Shown: one piece after another, positions 25,900-39,005 of the stretch | Position numbering within the stretch: the first letter of the stretch is position 1 | Layout: each line of letters opens with the position of its first letter | Assembly: GCA_964016885.1 (NCBI GenBank) | Contig: OZ024746.1 | Coordinates: 37,696,001-37,760,000, forward strand | Reading direction: 5' to 3' | Length of the DNA stretch: 64,000 nt | Origin: Eledone cirrhosa | Lineage: Eukaryota | The notes under the pieces: model-generated | Told to the model about the DNA's origin: nothing | Database searches by the model: none | What the model saw: only the letters and a program-made list of their open reading frames with translations | Program-made: the position numbers and the translations under genes

Positions 25900-28800
25900 A
25901 CAGCTGCATTTATCTTGCTTTATGTTCATACGAGTTATCACCAAGTCACAACCAGTGACCTCAAGAGACAGCAAGGTCCGCCATGTTCAAGAAAGAACAT
26001 ACATACTCACACATACATCTTTAGTGTTTAGACTTGTGATGTACTTATATTGACAGAATCTTCCTTAGTATATGGGCAGTTCCCATTAGTACTATCTTTT
26101 GTATTTCTCCTATACGCGGGTTTCTTGGGATTTACGATAAGTAATCATTAGACCCCTTTGGTATCAATCCTAGAGCGCCTACAACCACTGGTATTGTTTT
26201 AGTTCTCAATTTCCACATTTTTCCAATTTCTATCTCCAGGTCCTTATACTTGCTCAATTTTTCAAATGTTTTTATAGATACATTCTTGTCTATTGGAACA
26301 GACATATCAATTAGCAGGCATACCATCTTTTTAAAGTCCTTCAATATTATATCAGGTCTATTTGCATCTATTTTTCGGTCTGTTTGGATGCGAAAGTTCC
26401 ACAACATTGAGATGTGATCTTTTTCAAGTATGGGAGGTGGTTGATGCTCCCACCAATTCTTTTGATGGGGCAGGTAAAAATGCTTACACATTATCCAATG
26501 TATGTATTGTGCAGCTCTGTCATGCCTGTTTAGGTATTCGGTTGGAGCTATAGGACTGCACATTGAAATTATATGGTCAATGGTCTCTGGTTATTTTTTG
26601 CATACACGGCATAATGGGCTGCATCCATTTTTTATTATGTTGGCTTGGTAATAATTTTGTTGGCAGACGCTGATTTTGTGCCGATATAATCAGTCCTTCA
26701 GTCTCCGATTTCAGTCCAGAGGATGCCAACCACTGATGGGTTAAAGTTTTGTCAACATCAGGATTGTTAGCTCGCTCTGGGTATTTTCCATACAGAGGCT
26801 TTTCTTGCCATTTCTTAGCCAGTTCTGTAGCAGTTCTTTCTTTGCAGTTACTTTTACCTGCTTTGCTTTTTCTGTGTTTTCCATTTCAGCAGTAAATGGA
26901 ACTTCTGAAATTTGTAGTCCATTACTGTATCTTTGTGCATCTTTTGTAATGGAATATGATCTTTTGATGTTTTCGTGTTTCAAAACGAGTTTGATCATCC
27001 AATCATGTGATTCCCTTAGATATGTAGATAATCCAATTGTTGCAGTTTTCAACGCAATGTCTAACTGGATTAACCCACGTCCTCCTTCTTTCCTAGGGAG
27101 ATATATTCTATCTATATCTGCCTTAGGGTGATGCATTCTGTGCATGGTTAAGAGTTTTCGAATTTTTGTATCGAGCCTACGGATCTCTGTGCTTGACCAG
27201 TTGATGACATTGTAACTGTAGGTTACTACTGGTATGGCAAGCGTGTTTATGGCATCGTGTTTATGGCATCCCCCGATCAAGATTAATGTCTGAACTCTTC
27301 AGCAGCTTTCCTCTGGTGAACGTTGCTTTGGCGCATTTATCTAGTCCAAACTCAATTTTAATGTCATCACTGAACTGCTCCACAGTGGATAATAGCCCTT
27401 GCAATTGTTCATCATTTTTTGCAAATAGTTTCAGGTCATCCATGTAGAACAAGTGATTTATGGTTTTGTCATAGACTTTATATACATATTTTGTTTCATT
27501 GAGCATTTTACTTAATGGTATAAGTGCGATGCAGAATAAAAGCGGTGATAAAGAGTCACCCTGAAAAATTCCACAATTAATATTAACTTCTCCAGCTTCC
27601 AGTGATTTTGTTTCACTATTCAAAAGGAGTGTCGTTTTCCATGTCTTCATACTGAATGACAAAATCCTCCTGACAACGGGGGATATTTTGAAAATTTCTA
27701 AACATTTTTCAATCCAACTGTGTGGCAAACTATCGAATGCTTTTTTATAATCTATCCAAGCAATCGATAGATTTTTGTGTCTATTATGACAATCTTCCAG
27801 TATCATTTTGTTAACCAGAAGCTGATCCTTACAGCCATATGAGCCTCGTTTACACCCTTTCTGCTCAATGGGAAATAGGTCATTTGTTATCAGGTGGTCA
27901 TATGTGTATTCAGTTAGGACTGATGTTAAAATTTTATACATTGTGGTCAAGCAAGTTATCGGTCTGTAATTTTTGGGATTGTTTGTCTCATCATTCTTCG
28001 GAAGCAGGAATGTAATGCCGTTAACTAGCCATGAAGGTATCTTTTCTGGCTCCTTAACTATTTCATTGTAAAGTTGGGCTAACAGCTCATGAGACTCTGT
28101 GAAGGCATTTATCCAAAAGTTTTGTATTTTGTCTTTTCCTGGGGATTTCCATTTGCTGGTTTTTCTTAGAGCCAAGCGCAACTGTTCAACTGTTATATTT
28201 TCCCATATTTGTTCCTCAAGTTGAGCTGTATCTTTCATTTGTCTGTCTATCCATGGGGCATGTATGTTATGAACTTTTTCTTCGGCCCAGATCTTTTCCC
28301 AGAAGTCTTGCACTTCCTCCTTGGGTGGTATTGATTTAGCAGTTATTGTTGACTTACCAATTTTTCTGTAGAATTTCTTTGGTTGTTTTTGAACATATTA
28401 TTGTCCTTATAGAATCTAGATCGTTTTTCAAAGCGCCTTATACGAGCAGCTTTGGCCGACACTTTTTGTTTGATTATTTCTATCAGCATGTCTATGTCAC
28501 TTGTTGATTTTATACTGTACTTTTTTTTCAATATTCTAAGTTTAGTTTGTTTAACATGTTCACCTACTTTATAGTTTGTTAAAATTTCTATGTCAGATCG
28601 GAGAAGGTTTTTTTGGCGATTGATGTTCTCTTGCCAAGTAGATTTCTTGTGGTGGGAATTCCTTTGTTTTTTCATCTTCACTCCACATAAGTGAGTGGTG
28701 ACTTTAGCCGATGCATAATAGAGATGATTTAAATCAGTAATGTTTAGTTTGTTTGTGATGATAATGTTTTTGAGAATTATGTTAGTCTTGTGTATTATCT

Positions 28801-29740
28801 TTTGGTTCTGTTTGGAGTTCTGGATCTTAGGGAGGGTGTCTCGTTGCCCCATGTCAGATTCTTTCATTTTCATCCATTCGATCATAATTTCATCCTTCAA
28901 GTTGGCAAGTTCATTCTCATTCATTTCTTTATCATTTACGATCTCATTATTTTCATTTGGAGTTTCATCTTGAGCATGCTCTCCCTCCACTTTTTTGATC
29001 CATTCTTTAATTTGTTCTGTTGCCAGTGATTCCGCCCCAACCCTGGGATTCGAAGTGTTACAATTTACCTCGTTTTCACTGACACATGTTTCATTTTCCC
29101 TTCGCTGACTTTGTGCTAATAGTTTGATCTGATCAATTTCTATATCAGTTAGTAACTTTTTTCTTACAATATTTCTTCGTATATTGGCTAGTTTGTTGCT
29201 GTCAATATAGCCTCTGTTTTCGGGATGTTTCTTTTTCCAGTTGATATATGTCTGTTCTGTATTCGATGTATTTGATGGGTAGTACATGGCAGTGTAGAAA
29301 GCCTCAAGGACTTCTTTATTATCTTCCCTTGACCATCTTTCTCTCTTTTTCTTTGGATTTCTTGGTGGATGGCACACTGGGACTAAGGAGCTTGAGTGAG
29401 ATAATACCGTTGTATGGTACTAGAATATGTTAGTATGGCAATAGGGAGATAGCGTGGAAAAATTTGTCACATTGAAGCTAGAGTGTCGTACTACGGCACT
29501 GTGGGGCTAAGTTGGCACAGTATGGAACTGCGAAGATTTAGTGACACAGTGCGAAAATACCGAGCTATGGTGACCCGATAAGGCAATGGGCAGATTGTGT
29601 GAAAAATATGGTAATTTGAAGAATGGGTGCCGCAGCTTTGGTGCCGCAGTAACTGCGGACATTCTGTGACACAGTATGGAAATATGATGCTAGGGTTACA
29701 CGCTATGGCAATAGGGAGATACGTGTGGGAAATATAGCAC
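25900..29740 (-). mobile_element. R4/Dong-like LINE family B, frameshifted
   Basis: ORF pieces 28343-29377, 27261-28313 ([31 protein letters not shown]), 26741-27280, 26132-26563 (RHD, RPDII..LIDMS..EK); 5' boundary approximate. Confidence 0.88.
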
Positions 29741-29789
29741 TTTGAAGCTTGGATGAAACGTCAAGCAATGTATAACCCATACTTTCTAC

Positions 29790-30090
29790 TATTTGAAGGT
29801 AATGTAGCAGGGTCCTACTTAAGAAGGCAACTGACGAGCATTTACGACAGGACGAATACGGATTCAGGAAAGGAAAGTTGTACAGCGAACAAATCATAAT
29901 GCCACCCACCATTGATTCATGCGTTCCAGTGATCACTTGTGCTCTACATTATCTCTTTCAAGGAGTCAGTCAAAAGTGTGCACAGGGAATCTCTTAAAGA
30001 TTGTCGCCCTCGAAGTAATCCCTATCAGCATAATGCAGTAGATATAACGTGGGACGCGTTGCTAGGTCAGAACCAAGGAGAGAAATAGAG
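29790..30090 (+). pseudogene. Highly decayed LINE RT fragment (RTE-like)
   Basis: LRQDEYGFRKGK..EQI resembles the Q.GFR.GR motif. Confidence 0.4.
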
Positions 30091-30530
30091 AGTGTTCTGT
30101 TATACACAAACACTTGCGACTTATTTAAAATTTAATTTAAGCTTCCATAAATAGAAGAAATTATTAAACAATTCTCTGTTAATGTTCCTAGAGGCTCCAC
30201 TGTTCTAATACACACACAATAAAGATTGCATACATACAGACAGAGTTCAAGAAACTAAATCAGATGGAATACATCTTATATGTGTTTCCATTAGGCATTT
30301 CTTCTTTCGTTCTTACATTCTTTCCTTCATTTATTTGCAAATTATTTTAGTTCATATTTTTTTAGTTTTTCTCTCATATTTATCAAACTGCAGGAAAAGA
30401 GATGTTGTGTATTATAGTAATGTTTATACATAAATGATCATATTACTGTCACATCCATAAACACAAACATACGCGTTTACATAATATATTTGTAGTATGT
30501 ATGTATATATTTAAATTCGTATATGTAAAT

Positions 30531-30563
<33 letters not shown>

Positions 30564-31047
30564 TTGTGTAGCTATATATATGTATGTATGGGTAGGTGTG
30601 TGTGTGTATGCATGTGTATGTATAAATATATATATATATATAGAGAGAGAGAGAGCGAGAGAAAGAGAGAGAGAGTAAGAGAGAGAGAGATGAATAGAAA
30701 TGGCGTGAGTGTGTGCGAGTGAGAGAAGGACAGAGATTTGTGTTTGCTACGATATTGTACGTCAAACACGTGATGATAGAACCGATTATTATGAATGTGT
30801 TTGTGACATTGCATTCATGACGGAGCCGATTAAAGCAAACACCTCGCCTAGTTGTTTGCAGTAATTGGATTAAAATAAAATATTTTTACCACCTCTGCTT
30901 CATTAAATTATTTTCTAATTAACTTCCAATTTTTTTTTCTATAAGAGTTCATATATATATGTGGGGGAATGTGTGTGTGTAGGCGTGCGTGTGTGTGTCT
31001 GTGTGTGTTCGCGCGTCTATGTGTGTGAGTATAATATTATATATATA

Positions 31048-31096
<49 letters not shown>

Positions 31097-31223
31097 AAAG
31101 TTATATTTAAATTGTTGGGTTACAACGAGTAAATATTTATAACTGATATAAAAGCACTCAACAAGTATTTGGAGTATATTTACGATATTAAATAAAGGGA
31201 AGTTATATTTATAAAACCATATT

Positions 31224-31289
31224 TATTTCATTATATATATTTCAGGAATATCATATTAAAAATATGTTATGCCTTCTTCAGACAAAATA
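31224..31289 (-). ncRNA. Minimal hammerhead in a solo pLTR (~31095-31335)
   Basis: Reverse complement: tattttgt-CTGAAGA-aggcataacatat..atatgatattcct-GAAA-tatata-TA-atgaaata; same family as 35669 and 44790. Confidence 0.7.
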
Positions 31290-31849
31290 CAATATAAACA
31301 GTCTTATAAATAGATAGATTCGACATACCTTTTAACATCGACTTGCATTTGAAAAGTTGATTTGGTAGGACAAATATTATGGACAGTTGTAAAAAGAAAG
31401 AAAGAAGGAAAGAAAGAAAAACGAAGAAAAAGAAGAAATGCATGCAACTAAATAGAAAGAGATAGAAAGATAGATAGAGAGAAGAAATTCATGTAAAGAA
31501 ACAGAGAGAGATATATAGAGAGGGGAAAAAAAATATAGGGAGATAGATAGAGAGAGAGAGAGAGAGAGAAGAGAGAGATAGAGAGAGAAAATATAGAGAG
31601 ATAGATATAGATAGAGATAGAGAGAAAGAAACTAGGTAGTTGAGCACCAGTTGAATGATGTATCAATGATACATTTATTTATTTATTTATTTATTTATTT
31701 AGCTCTAGTATTAATGTAGAGAGAGATATATGTGGTTAGGAGAGTAAACAGCCGTTATATAGAGAGAAAAAAGAAAAATAACCAGACATAAACGAGGCAG
31801 ATTTAAAACACTATGTTTCATCGTATAAAACAGGCATTATAATGTAAAT

Positions 31850-31972
<123 letters not shown>

Positions 31973-31999
31973 ATATTTATACATTTATTTATATATATA

Positions 32000-32150
32000 A
32001 TTGTTTCTACTTTTGGCTCAAGGCCAGCAATTTTTCAGTGCATTACTGGTACTTAATTTTATCGACCCAGTAAGGATGAAAGGCACAGTTAAGCTCGGCG
32101 GGATATGAACTCAGAATGGCAAGGACCGTAACTCTATGTGTCAAAGCATG
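32000..32150 (-). mobile_element. Older Nin-domain SINE
   Basis: Diverged match to the 10244 consensus. Confidence 0.75.
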
Positions 32151-32271
32151 GGTGTGTGTGTGCACATATATGCATGTACATATATATATATATACATACA
32201 CACACACATATATATATATATATATATGTGTGCGTGTGTATATATATATATATATATACATACAAACACAA

Positions 32272-32310
<39 letters not shown>

Positions 32311-32311
<1 letters not shown>

Positions 32312-32797
32312 CATTTCTGAATTTGTTTAGCAAGATTCTTTATCTGAAAACTTGTGTTGAAATCGATATTGATATACTTTGGGAGGGTCATGTTGCCAAT
32401 AAGAAACACACGCACCAGTTGCTTACTTCAATTTATTATAATAAATTTATAAATTTAGGAATTTATAAATTTCCGGTTGGTTGGTTGGTTCCACAACCAG
32501 ATGGTTGTGTATATATTGTCAAAGTTCTTTCGTCACACATTGTGTGACCTCTTCAGTGACTGGGGATTATTTTCGTTGTTTTTGTGCCTCTCCTTTGTTC
32601 TGTCCTACGCCATCTTCAGAATGTGTGACGAAAGAACTTTGACAATATATAAACAACCATCTGGTTGTGGAACCAACCAACCAACCAGAAATTTATAAAT
32701 TCCTAAATTTATAAATGTATTATAATAAATTGAAGTGAAAGCATGTGCTGCGTGTGTTTGTTATTGGCAACATGACCCTCCCAAAGTATAACAATAT
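32311..32797. mobile_element. Inverted-repeat non-autonomous PLE with hammerhead and one-sided tail
   Basis: Arms ~32367-32541 and 32620-32797; terminus atgaccctcccaaagtataacaat is shared with the Naiad-like element ends (60796, 62557). Confidence 0.75.
32518..32560 (-). ncRNA. Minimal hammerhead ribozyme
   Basis: Reverse complement: gtca-CTGAAGA-g-gtcacac(aat)gtgtgac-GAAA-gaac-TT-tgac. Confidence 0.6.
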
Positions 32798-32801
32798 ATA
32801 T

Positions 32802-32884
<83 letters not shown>

Positions 32885-32899
32885 GTGTGTTTGTGTTTG

Positions 32900-33033
32900 T
32901 AAAAGCAGCGATTCTTTGTTTAAACTCTAATCTGTTATTTTAATAAATATTTGCTCTACGGTTTTTATATATTTGATATATATTTATCCTTATCGAGCCC
33001 TCTTTACAGTTTAGTCTTCAAATTTATTATTAT

Positions 33034-33037
<4 letters not shown>
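32900..33037 (+). mobile_element. 3'-terminal fragment of the PLE family at 47963-50935
   Basis: aaagcagcgattctttg...ttattattact matches 50801-50935. Confidence 0.8.
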
Positions 33038-33085
<48 letters not shown>

Positions 33086-33297
33086 GCGCGCACACTCACA
33101 CATATCTATATATATAAAGCTGAGGATGTGTGTGTTAAGGTTTGTAACACATGCACGTCCACAATTTCCAATGGATTCTATTCAACGTCGGCACAATTGT
33201 TTATTTTGGTCAGGAGAAGGTCATGAATCAAAGAAATTTCAAATCAATCCACAATATGGGCAAAAGTGGATCATGCTTTGAGGTTTAATACACCTTC

Positions 33298-33680
33298 CTA
33301 TAGTTTCTTAGCTTTACTCTCACCGTCGCTCTTCTCTCTCTCTATAATAGATCATTCCCTCTATCTATAATTTAACTGCTTTACTCTCTCTGTCGCTCTT
33401 CAATCTCTATAGGACAACACTGTTTTAAACATCTCCATATAGTTTCTTAGCTTTACTCTCTCCGTCGCTCTTCCCTCTCTCTATAATAGATTATTCCGCC
33501 TCTCTTTAATTTAATTGCTGCGGGAGTCATTGGCGTTCCGTATTGACTACGGCACGCCTCCCTATATTTTCTTAGCTTTACTCTCTCCGTCGCTCTTCCC
33601 TCTCTCTATAATAGATTATTCCCCCTCTCTATAATTTAACTTATGTGGGTGTCATTGGCGTTGCGTATTGACATACGGCT
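33298..33680. repeat. Three imperfect tandem repeats (~125-140 bp)
   Basis: tttcttagctttactctc.ccgtcgctcttc.ctctctctataatagat at ~33303, ~33443 and ~33568. Confidence 0.85.
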
Positions 33681-33848
33681 TTTCTGGGGCATTTCAAATC
33701 GGCTTATTGCAAAAGACAACCCGCAAAATAACACTTCATATAACAGATCAATGCTACACACATATGAATCCTAAAGAAATATACCTTATTATTCCACAAT
33801 GCTTCAAGTAAACTTCAATACTCTCTTATCTTACACCTGAGCCAGGCA

Positions 33849-34702
33849 TTGTTTGCATCCGTAAGAGAACTGTTTAGACTGTCGGAAAAATGGGCCAATT
33901 CTGGCTGTCAAATGATTTTCCTGAAACACTGCTTAAAAATCGATGTCATCCCCACCACCATCAGGAACATCCGCGTACCAGGAAGCCTACGTACACCAGC
34001 TTTTCAAAACTCCACTAACCGCATACATCGCACGTGTATCAAACAGATCCTGAGACATCACAACCGCCAATTACATATCCGTAAGCTGACACTCTCAGAG
34101 CGGACACATCGACTGTCAATAACACCCGGCGACTTGCTCCAGTAAATCACTAAAGCAATCGACCAGTGCTACCACGCCAGAGTCCAATACGACAAAAAAC
34201 GGCGCAAGCGGAAATATGAGTGGATCTTGTCTAAACTACACAACGAGAACATCAACACTAACAAACATACAGACCAGAACCACGTGGAAAACAACAACGT
34301 AACAACCGCCACCGCCGCATCCACCAACACCGAGCCACGCCTCAACGATGCGACGCACCTGGTCGTCACCGACCTAACCGGCACACTCACGAGCGACGAG
34401 CTGAAACTCCTATACCTCGGACCCAAGTTCATCGTCTCACAACGACTCGACGACAGACTCAAATTCGAGATCGAAGCCAACTTTTGTCGAGCCGCTTACC
34501 AACTTAAATGGGTGACCGCCATCAATAGCGCCACAGAAAATAACAGCGCCCACGCAACCCACCCTAAGTTCCCATTTTACCACCCAGACAACCCGCTCCA
34601 CACCCCACCCATGAACCACGAACTCGACACTAAACTCATCAGACTAAAAAACTCCATCACGGATATACTTCACAAACACACACACGCACAACACACAACA
34701 TC
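33849..34702 (+). pseudogene. N-terminal part of a Penelope-like ORF with an in-frame stop; RT and endonuclease deleted
   Basis: FLKHCLKIDVIPT and VVTDLTGTLTSDELKLLYLGPKF resemble PLE pre-RT motifs; the two ORFs are in frame across TAA at 34143. Confidence 0.6.
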
Positions 34703-34739
34703 ACTTTCGAACGTTCAACTATCTGGCAGAAGGGTATAC

Positions 34740-34778
34740 GGTGCTGATGATAGCTAACAAGCTTGAAACTAGTACATC
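34740..34778 (+). ncRNA. Minimal type I hammerhead ribozyme
   Basis: ggtg-CTGATGA-tagct(aaca)agctt-GAAA-ctag-TA-catc; palindromic stem III ACTAGT. Confidence 0.75.
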
Positions 34779-34933
34779 GTTCCTGTGTCAGTGTTGAACA
34801 AAAAGGTGACGTGGTTGCCTTAACACCGTGTGGCATAAATCAGGCTGTTCGCTTGTTTACAAACGAACAAAGCGGGCGTTATAATAAACGTTCGCTAAAC
34901 TGATACGTACATATATATATGTGTACCTGTATG

Positions 34934-35006
<73 letters not shown>

Positions 35007-35247
35007 CGCATGCTACTGTACATCTGTATACATATATGTATGTACGTATACATACATACTTACATTTAAGTAAGTGCCGTGCTATGAGTGAGAAATGAAA
35101 TTACGTTTCATTATATTACAACTTATCGTTTTCGGTACGCCTGGACGACTGAACTCACTCGATATGCAAATTAGGCTGCTCAGCCGTTAATTTTTATAAG
35201 GAAAGTATATACTTTCGAACGTTCAACTATCTGGCAGAATGGTATAC

Positions 35248-35286
35248 GGTGCTGATGATAGCTAACAAGCTTGAAAATAGTACATC
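35248..35286 (+). ncRNA. Minimal hammerhead, second copy (stem III substitution)
   Basis: ggtg-CTGATGA-tagctaacaagctt-GAAA-atag-TA-catc. Confidence 0.6.
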
Positions 35287-35437
35287 GTTCCTGTGTCAGT
35301 GTTGAACAATAAGGTGACGTAGTTGCCTTAACACCGTATGGCATAAATCAGGCTGTTCGCTTGTTTACAAACGAACAATGCGGGCGTTATAATAAACGTT
35401 CGCTAAACTGATACGTACATATATATACGTGTACCTG

Positions 35438-35483
<46 letters not shown>

Positions 35484-35609
35484 TGCTACTGTACGTCTGT
35501 ATACATATATGTATGTACGTATACATACATACTTACATTTAAGTAAGTGCCATTCTAAGAGTGAGAAATGAAATTTCGTTTCATTATATTACAACTTATA
35601 TATATATAC

Positions 35610-35655
<46 letters not shown>

Positions 35656-35668
35656 GTATATATATACG

Positions 35669-36127
35669 ATATTAACAAATGGAAACTATATTTATAGAAC
35701 CATATTTATTTGATTATACATATTTCAAGGACACCAAGTTAAATTATTGTGTACTTTCATCAGATAAAATATAATATAAATCAGTTCTATAAATAAATAT
35801 TGACATACCCTTAAAGAATGCAACCGTTACTGTTGGAATCTCCCGGGAGCTTCCAACAGTAACGGTTGCATTATTTAAGGTTATGTCAATATTTATTTAT
35901 AGAACTGATTTATATTATATTTTATCTGATGAAAGTACACAATAATTTAACTTGGTGTCCTTGAAATATGTATAATCAAATAAATATGGTTCTATAAATA
36001 TAGTTTCCATTTGTTAATATTTTGAAGTAATATTATTATCTCCTGAAAATCTCACAGTTGAGTGCTTCTAATCTATTGTAAAACTTTATTCATTGATTAA
36101 TTCAATGAACCGTGTTAAACTTTTAGT

Positions 36128-36128
<1 letters not shown>
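35669..36128. mobile_element. ~352 bp palindrome (35669-36020) with two hammerheads and ~100 bp tail
   Basis: Centre ctccc|gggag at 35844/35845; HHR on + at 35918-35982 (tattttat-CTGATGA..GAAA-tatgta-TA-atcaaata) and on - at 35707-35771. Confidence 0.85.
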
Positions 36129-36158
<30 letters not shown>

Positions 36159-36539
36159 CTGTCGAGGGTTGCGTGTCTATATATCTATATATAGATGTAT
36201 GTGTCTCTGCGGTTGTATATATGTATTCCTTTGTATATCTGTATATCTTTAAATACTTAGCCGGCATTAACTCTTCATGCTAAGATTTCTACGACTGTGA
36301 ACTGCTGTTCTAGAAAAATGCTGATTCTACTACTACTATTAGTCGAAATAGTATCAGTAGTGTTAGTAGTAGCAGTAGCAATTTGTAACATATGCATATA
36401 TGTATTCAATCACCCACATAAAAACACACACACAAATACACACACATACACATATATGTCAATATATAATCATTTGACAGAAATGAGGAATGGAATAATG
36501 GCACTCCCACATCCACAACGTGATGAGCGAGAACAAATT

Positions 36540-36915
36540 AATCCCCATAAGTATGAGGAAGTACTACAGTAAGACACAGAGAAATAAATATAAAAAACAA
36601 GATAGACACAAAGACAAATGCAATGACGCACATATATGTGGAATCACAACGATATGAGCAGACAGGAAAACGTAACAAAGAAAGACGAGATGGAGCAAAC
36701 AAAATAGGACCAGAAAAAAGAACAGGCATAGAGGAAAACAACTAGCCAATGCGGTAGTCACAGAATGTGTGACGAAAGAAAGTTGACAGTCTTGTAGAAT
36801 TACACATGAAGTAATAAGTAGTTATGAAACCACAGTCAAAATCAAATAGGGACTGTTTTTTATTGGCAATATTGGCAACATGACCATCTCTATATATAGT
36901 AATATATATAACAAT
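36540..36915 (+). mobile_element. Diverged relative of the 32311 element with the hammerhead 5' core deleted
   Basis: agtcacagaatgtgtgacgaaag..tgac and ttggcaacatgacc terminus; lacks ctgaagaggtca. Confidence 0.55.
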
Positions 36916-36929
36916 ACAACACACATCTA

Positions 36930-37482
<553 letters not shown>

Positions 37483-37589
37483 CCAGAAACACCACCATAC
37501 CTCGGGACATGGCAAATCAAAGGACCGAAATAACGGAGATAAACGTGTTCCCTTATTATGTTTTGGGGTTTTTTCAGTTCAAGTTTTAG

Positions 37590-37680
37590 CTGCCTGATGT
37601 AGTCATAGCTGTTGAATAATGGGTATCACCTAAATATATATAGCAGTGAATATGAATAAACGAAGTTAATTTTAACCTGT
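37590..37680 (+). mobile_element. Decayed pLTR of the 8031-8567 family (dead hammerhead); its tail continues at 39045-39160
   Basis: ctgc-CTGATGT..TAAA-tatatata-gcag..aataaacgaagttaattttaa; 39070-39160 matches the reverse complement of 8031-8125. Confidence 0.6.
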
Positions 37681-37714
37681 ATATGTGTATGTGTGTATAT
37701 ATATATATATGTGC

Positions 37715-39005
37715 ATGGTATTTATCTAATTTATTGGTACGCGATGGGATCCACCCACAATCCCGGCGAACAGCATGGAGAAGGCGTTTCCCCGGGGGAC
37801 GGCAATGGAGACGCGCTGGAAAAGCCACTCCAACTCGCGGGGCTCACACCTGCGGCTGGCCAGCTCAGCGCCTATGGTGCTGAGTAAGTAGGTAGCCCTG
37901 GGGCCGAGTACACTAGAAGTCTCCACTGCGAGGGGAACGACCGCAAACCTGTCGGAGAGCGACCGGTATTTGAGGAGTTTGGCCCCCTCAGCCCGACGTG
38001 CAGCAGAACATGGGTCAGTCGGCTGCAGAAAGTGTCGGTGCAAATGGCATCCCTGTGGAGGGGTTTGCCACCGCGGAACGGGATCATGGTCATGCCATCT
38101 GGTCTGTTGCCGTCCCCTCGATCCAGCCACACCGGCTCGAGCTGGGAAGGGAAGCCTGCAGCGTCTAAGCCATGCTTAATGACCTCGTAGAGGGCAGCAT
38201 GGCGTGGAATGCGGCCGGCACTGTAGCGACAGGAAAGCAGGCGGAGGCCGAAAGAGTACACAGTGGAACCGCAGCGATATTGGTGTGGCTGGCAGATCCG
38301 GAGGCCGAGCCGATTCGCAGGCTATGGTTGTGTAGCTGTGTGCCAGTCGGGAAGGAGGGCAGGGCATGGAAACAGGCACCACTGTGGGGTTTGGAGGCCG
38401 CACGAAAACAAGTAAGGCGGTGCTGGTCGAGCTGGAGCGTGAGCTTGTCTGAGGCCAGGTTGCACTGGATGGCCTCCCAAGTGCGTTGGGGGGGGGACTT
38501 GACGTCAACAGGGGGAGAAGGAGGGACGTCTACTGGGCTAAGCCCAGCCAGTCCCACGTCTCACAGGCGGCCTCACGTTCTCTGAACAGAGAGGGTTCTG
38601 TTGTGTTTTGAAGAACCCTGCTGACGAGGACGCGGCACGTGGTTACCCACGAAAGATACGCCTGCAAAGCTAGTGACATCGGGGACGGGAGGCCAAGGCC
38701 GCCATACCTGACCGGTAAAGTGGCCTGTTGCCACCCTATTTCGTCAAATTTGACGTTGCATATCATCTCGGCTGCTGCTCGGATACAAGTATCGAAGTCA
38801 ACGAGGAGAGATGTCTGGGTGTAGCATGGAGCGCTGCGGAGTGTATAGAAAAGCCTCGGCATTTCGAAGCAGTTCCTCATCAGAAAGCTGGGTGGCCGTC
38901 AATCAAGCCCAGTCGGCTCATGAGAGTCTGGAGCTGGTGAAGCCTGGACCTGATGGTGGAGCGGATGGCCGGCGGGTGGATCGGTGACCCGAGGATGAAG
39001 ACATC
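37715..39005 (-). mobile_element. 5'-truncated, frameshifted CRE-like RLE non-LTR retrotransposon
   Basis: GC-rich block; WQQATLPVRYGGLGL, RHAAL, LEP..RGDGNRPDGMT..P..GGK, VPLAVET, LFQRVSIAV.RGNA. Confidence 0.8.

Larger units (their letters stand above)
34703..35598 (+). repeat. Direct repeat pair (pLTR-like), 34703-35125 and 35211-35598
   Basis: actttcgaacgttcaactatctggcag... duplicated; each unit has a hammerhead and an internal (TA)n. Confidence 0.85.

Noticed and set aside
33103-33300. Helitron-like start TCTATATATATAAAG
   Set aside because: No matching 3' hairpin-CTAG terminus identified
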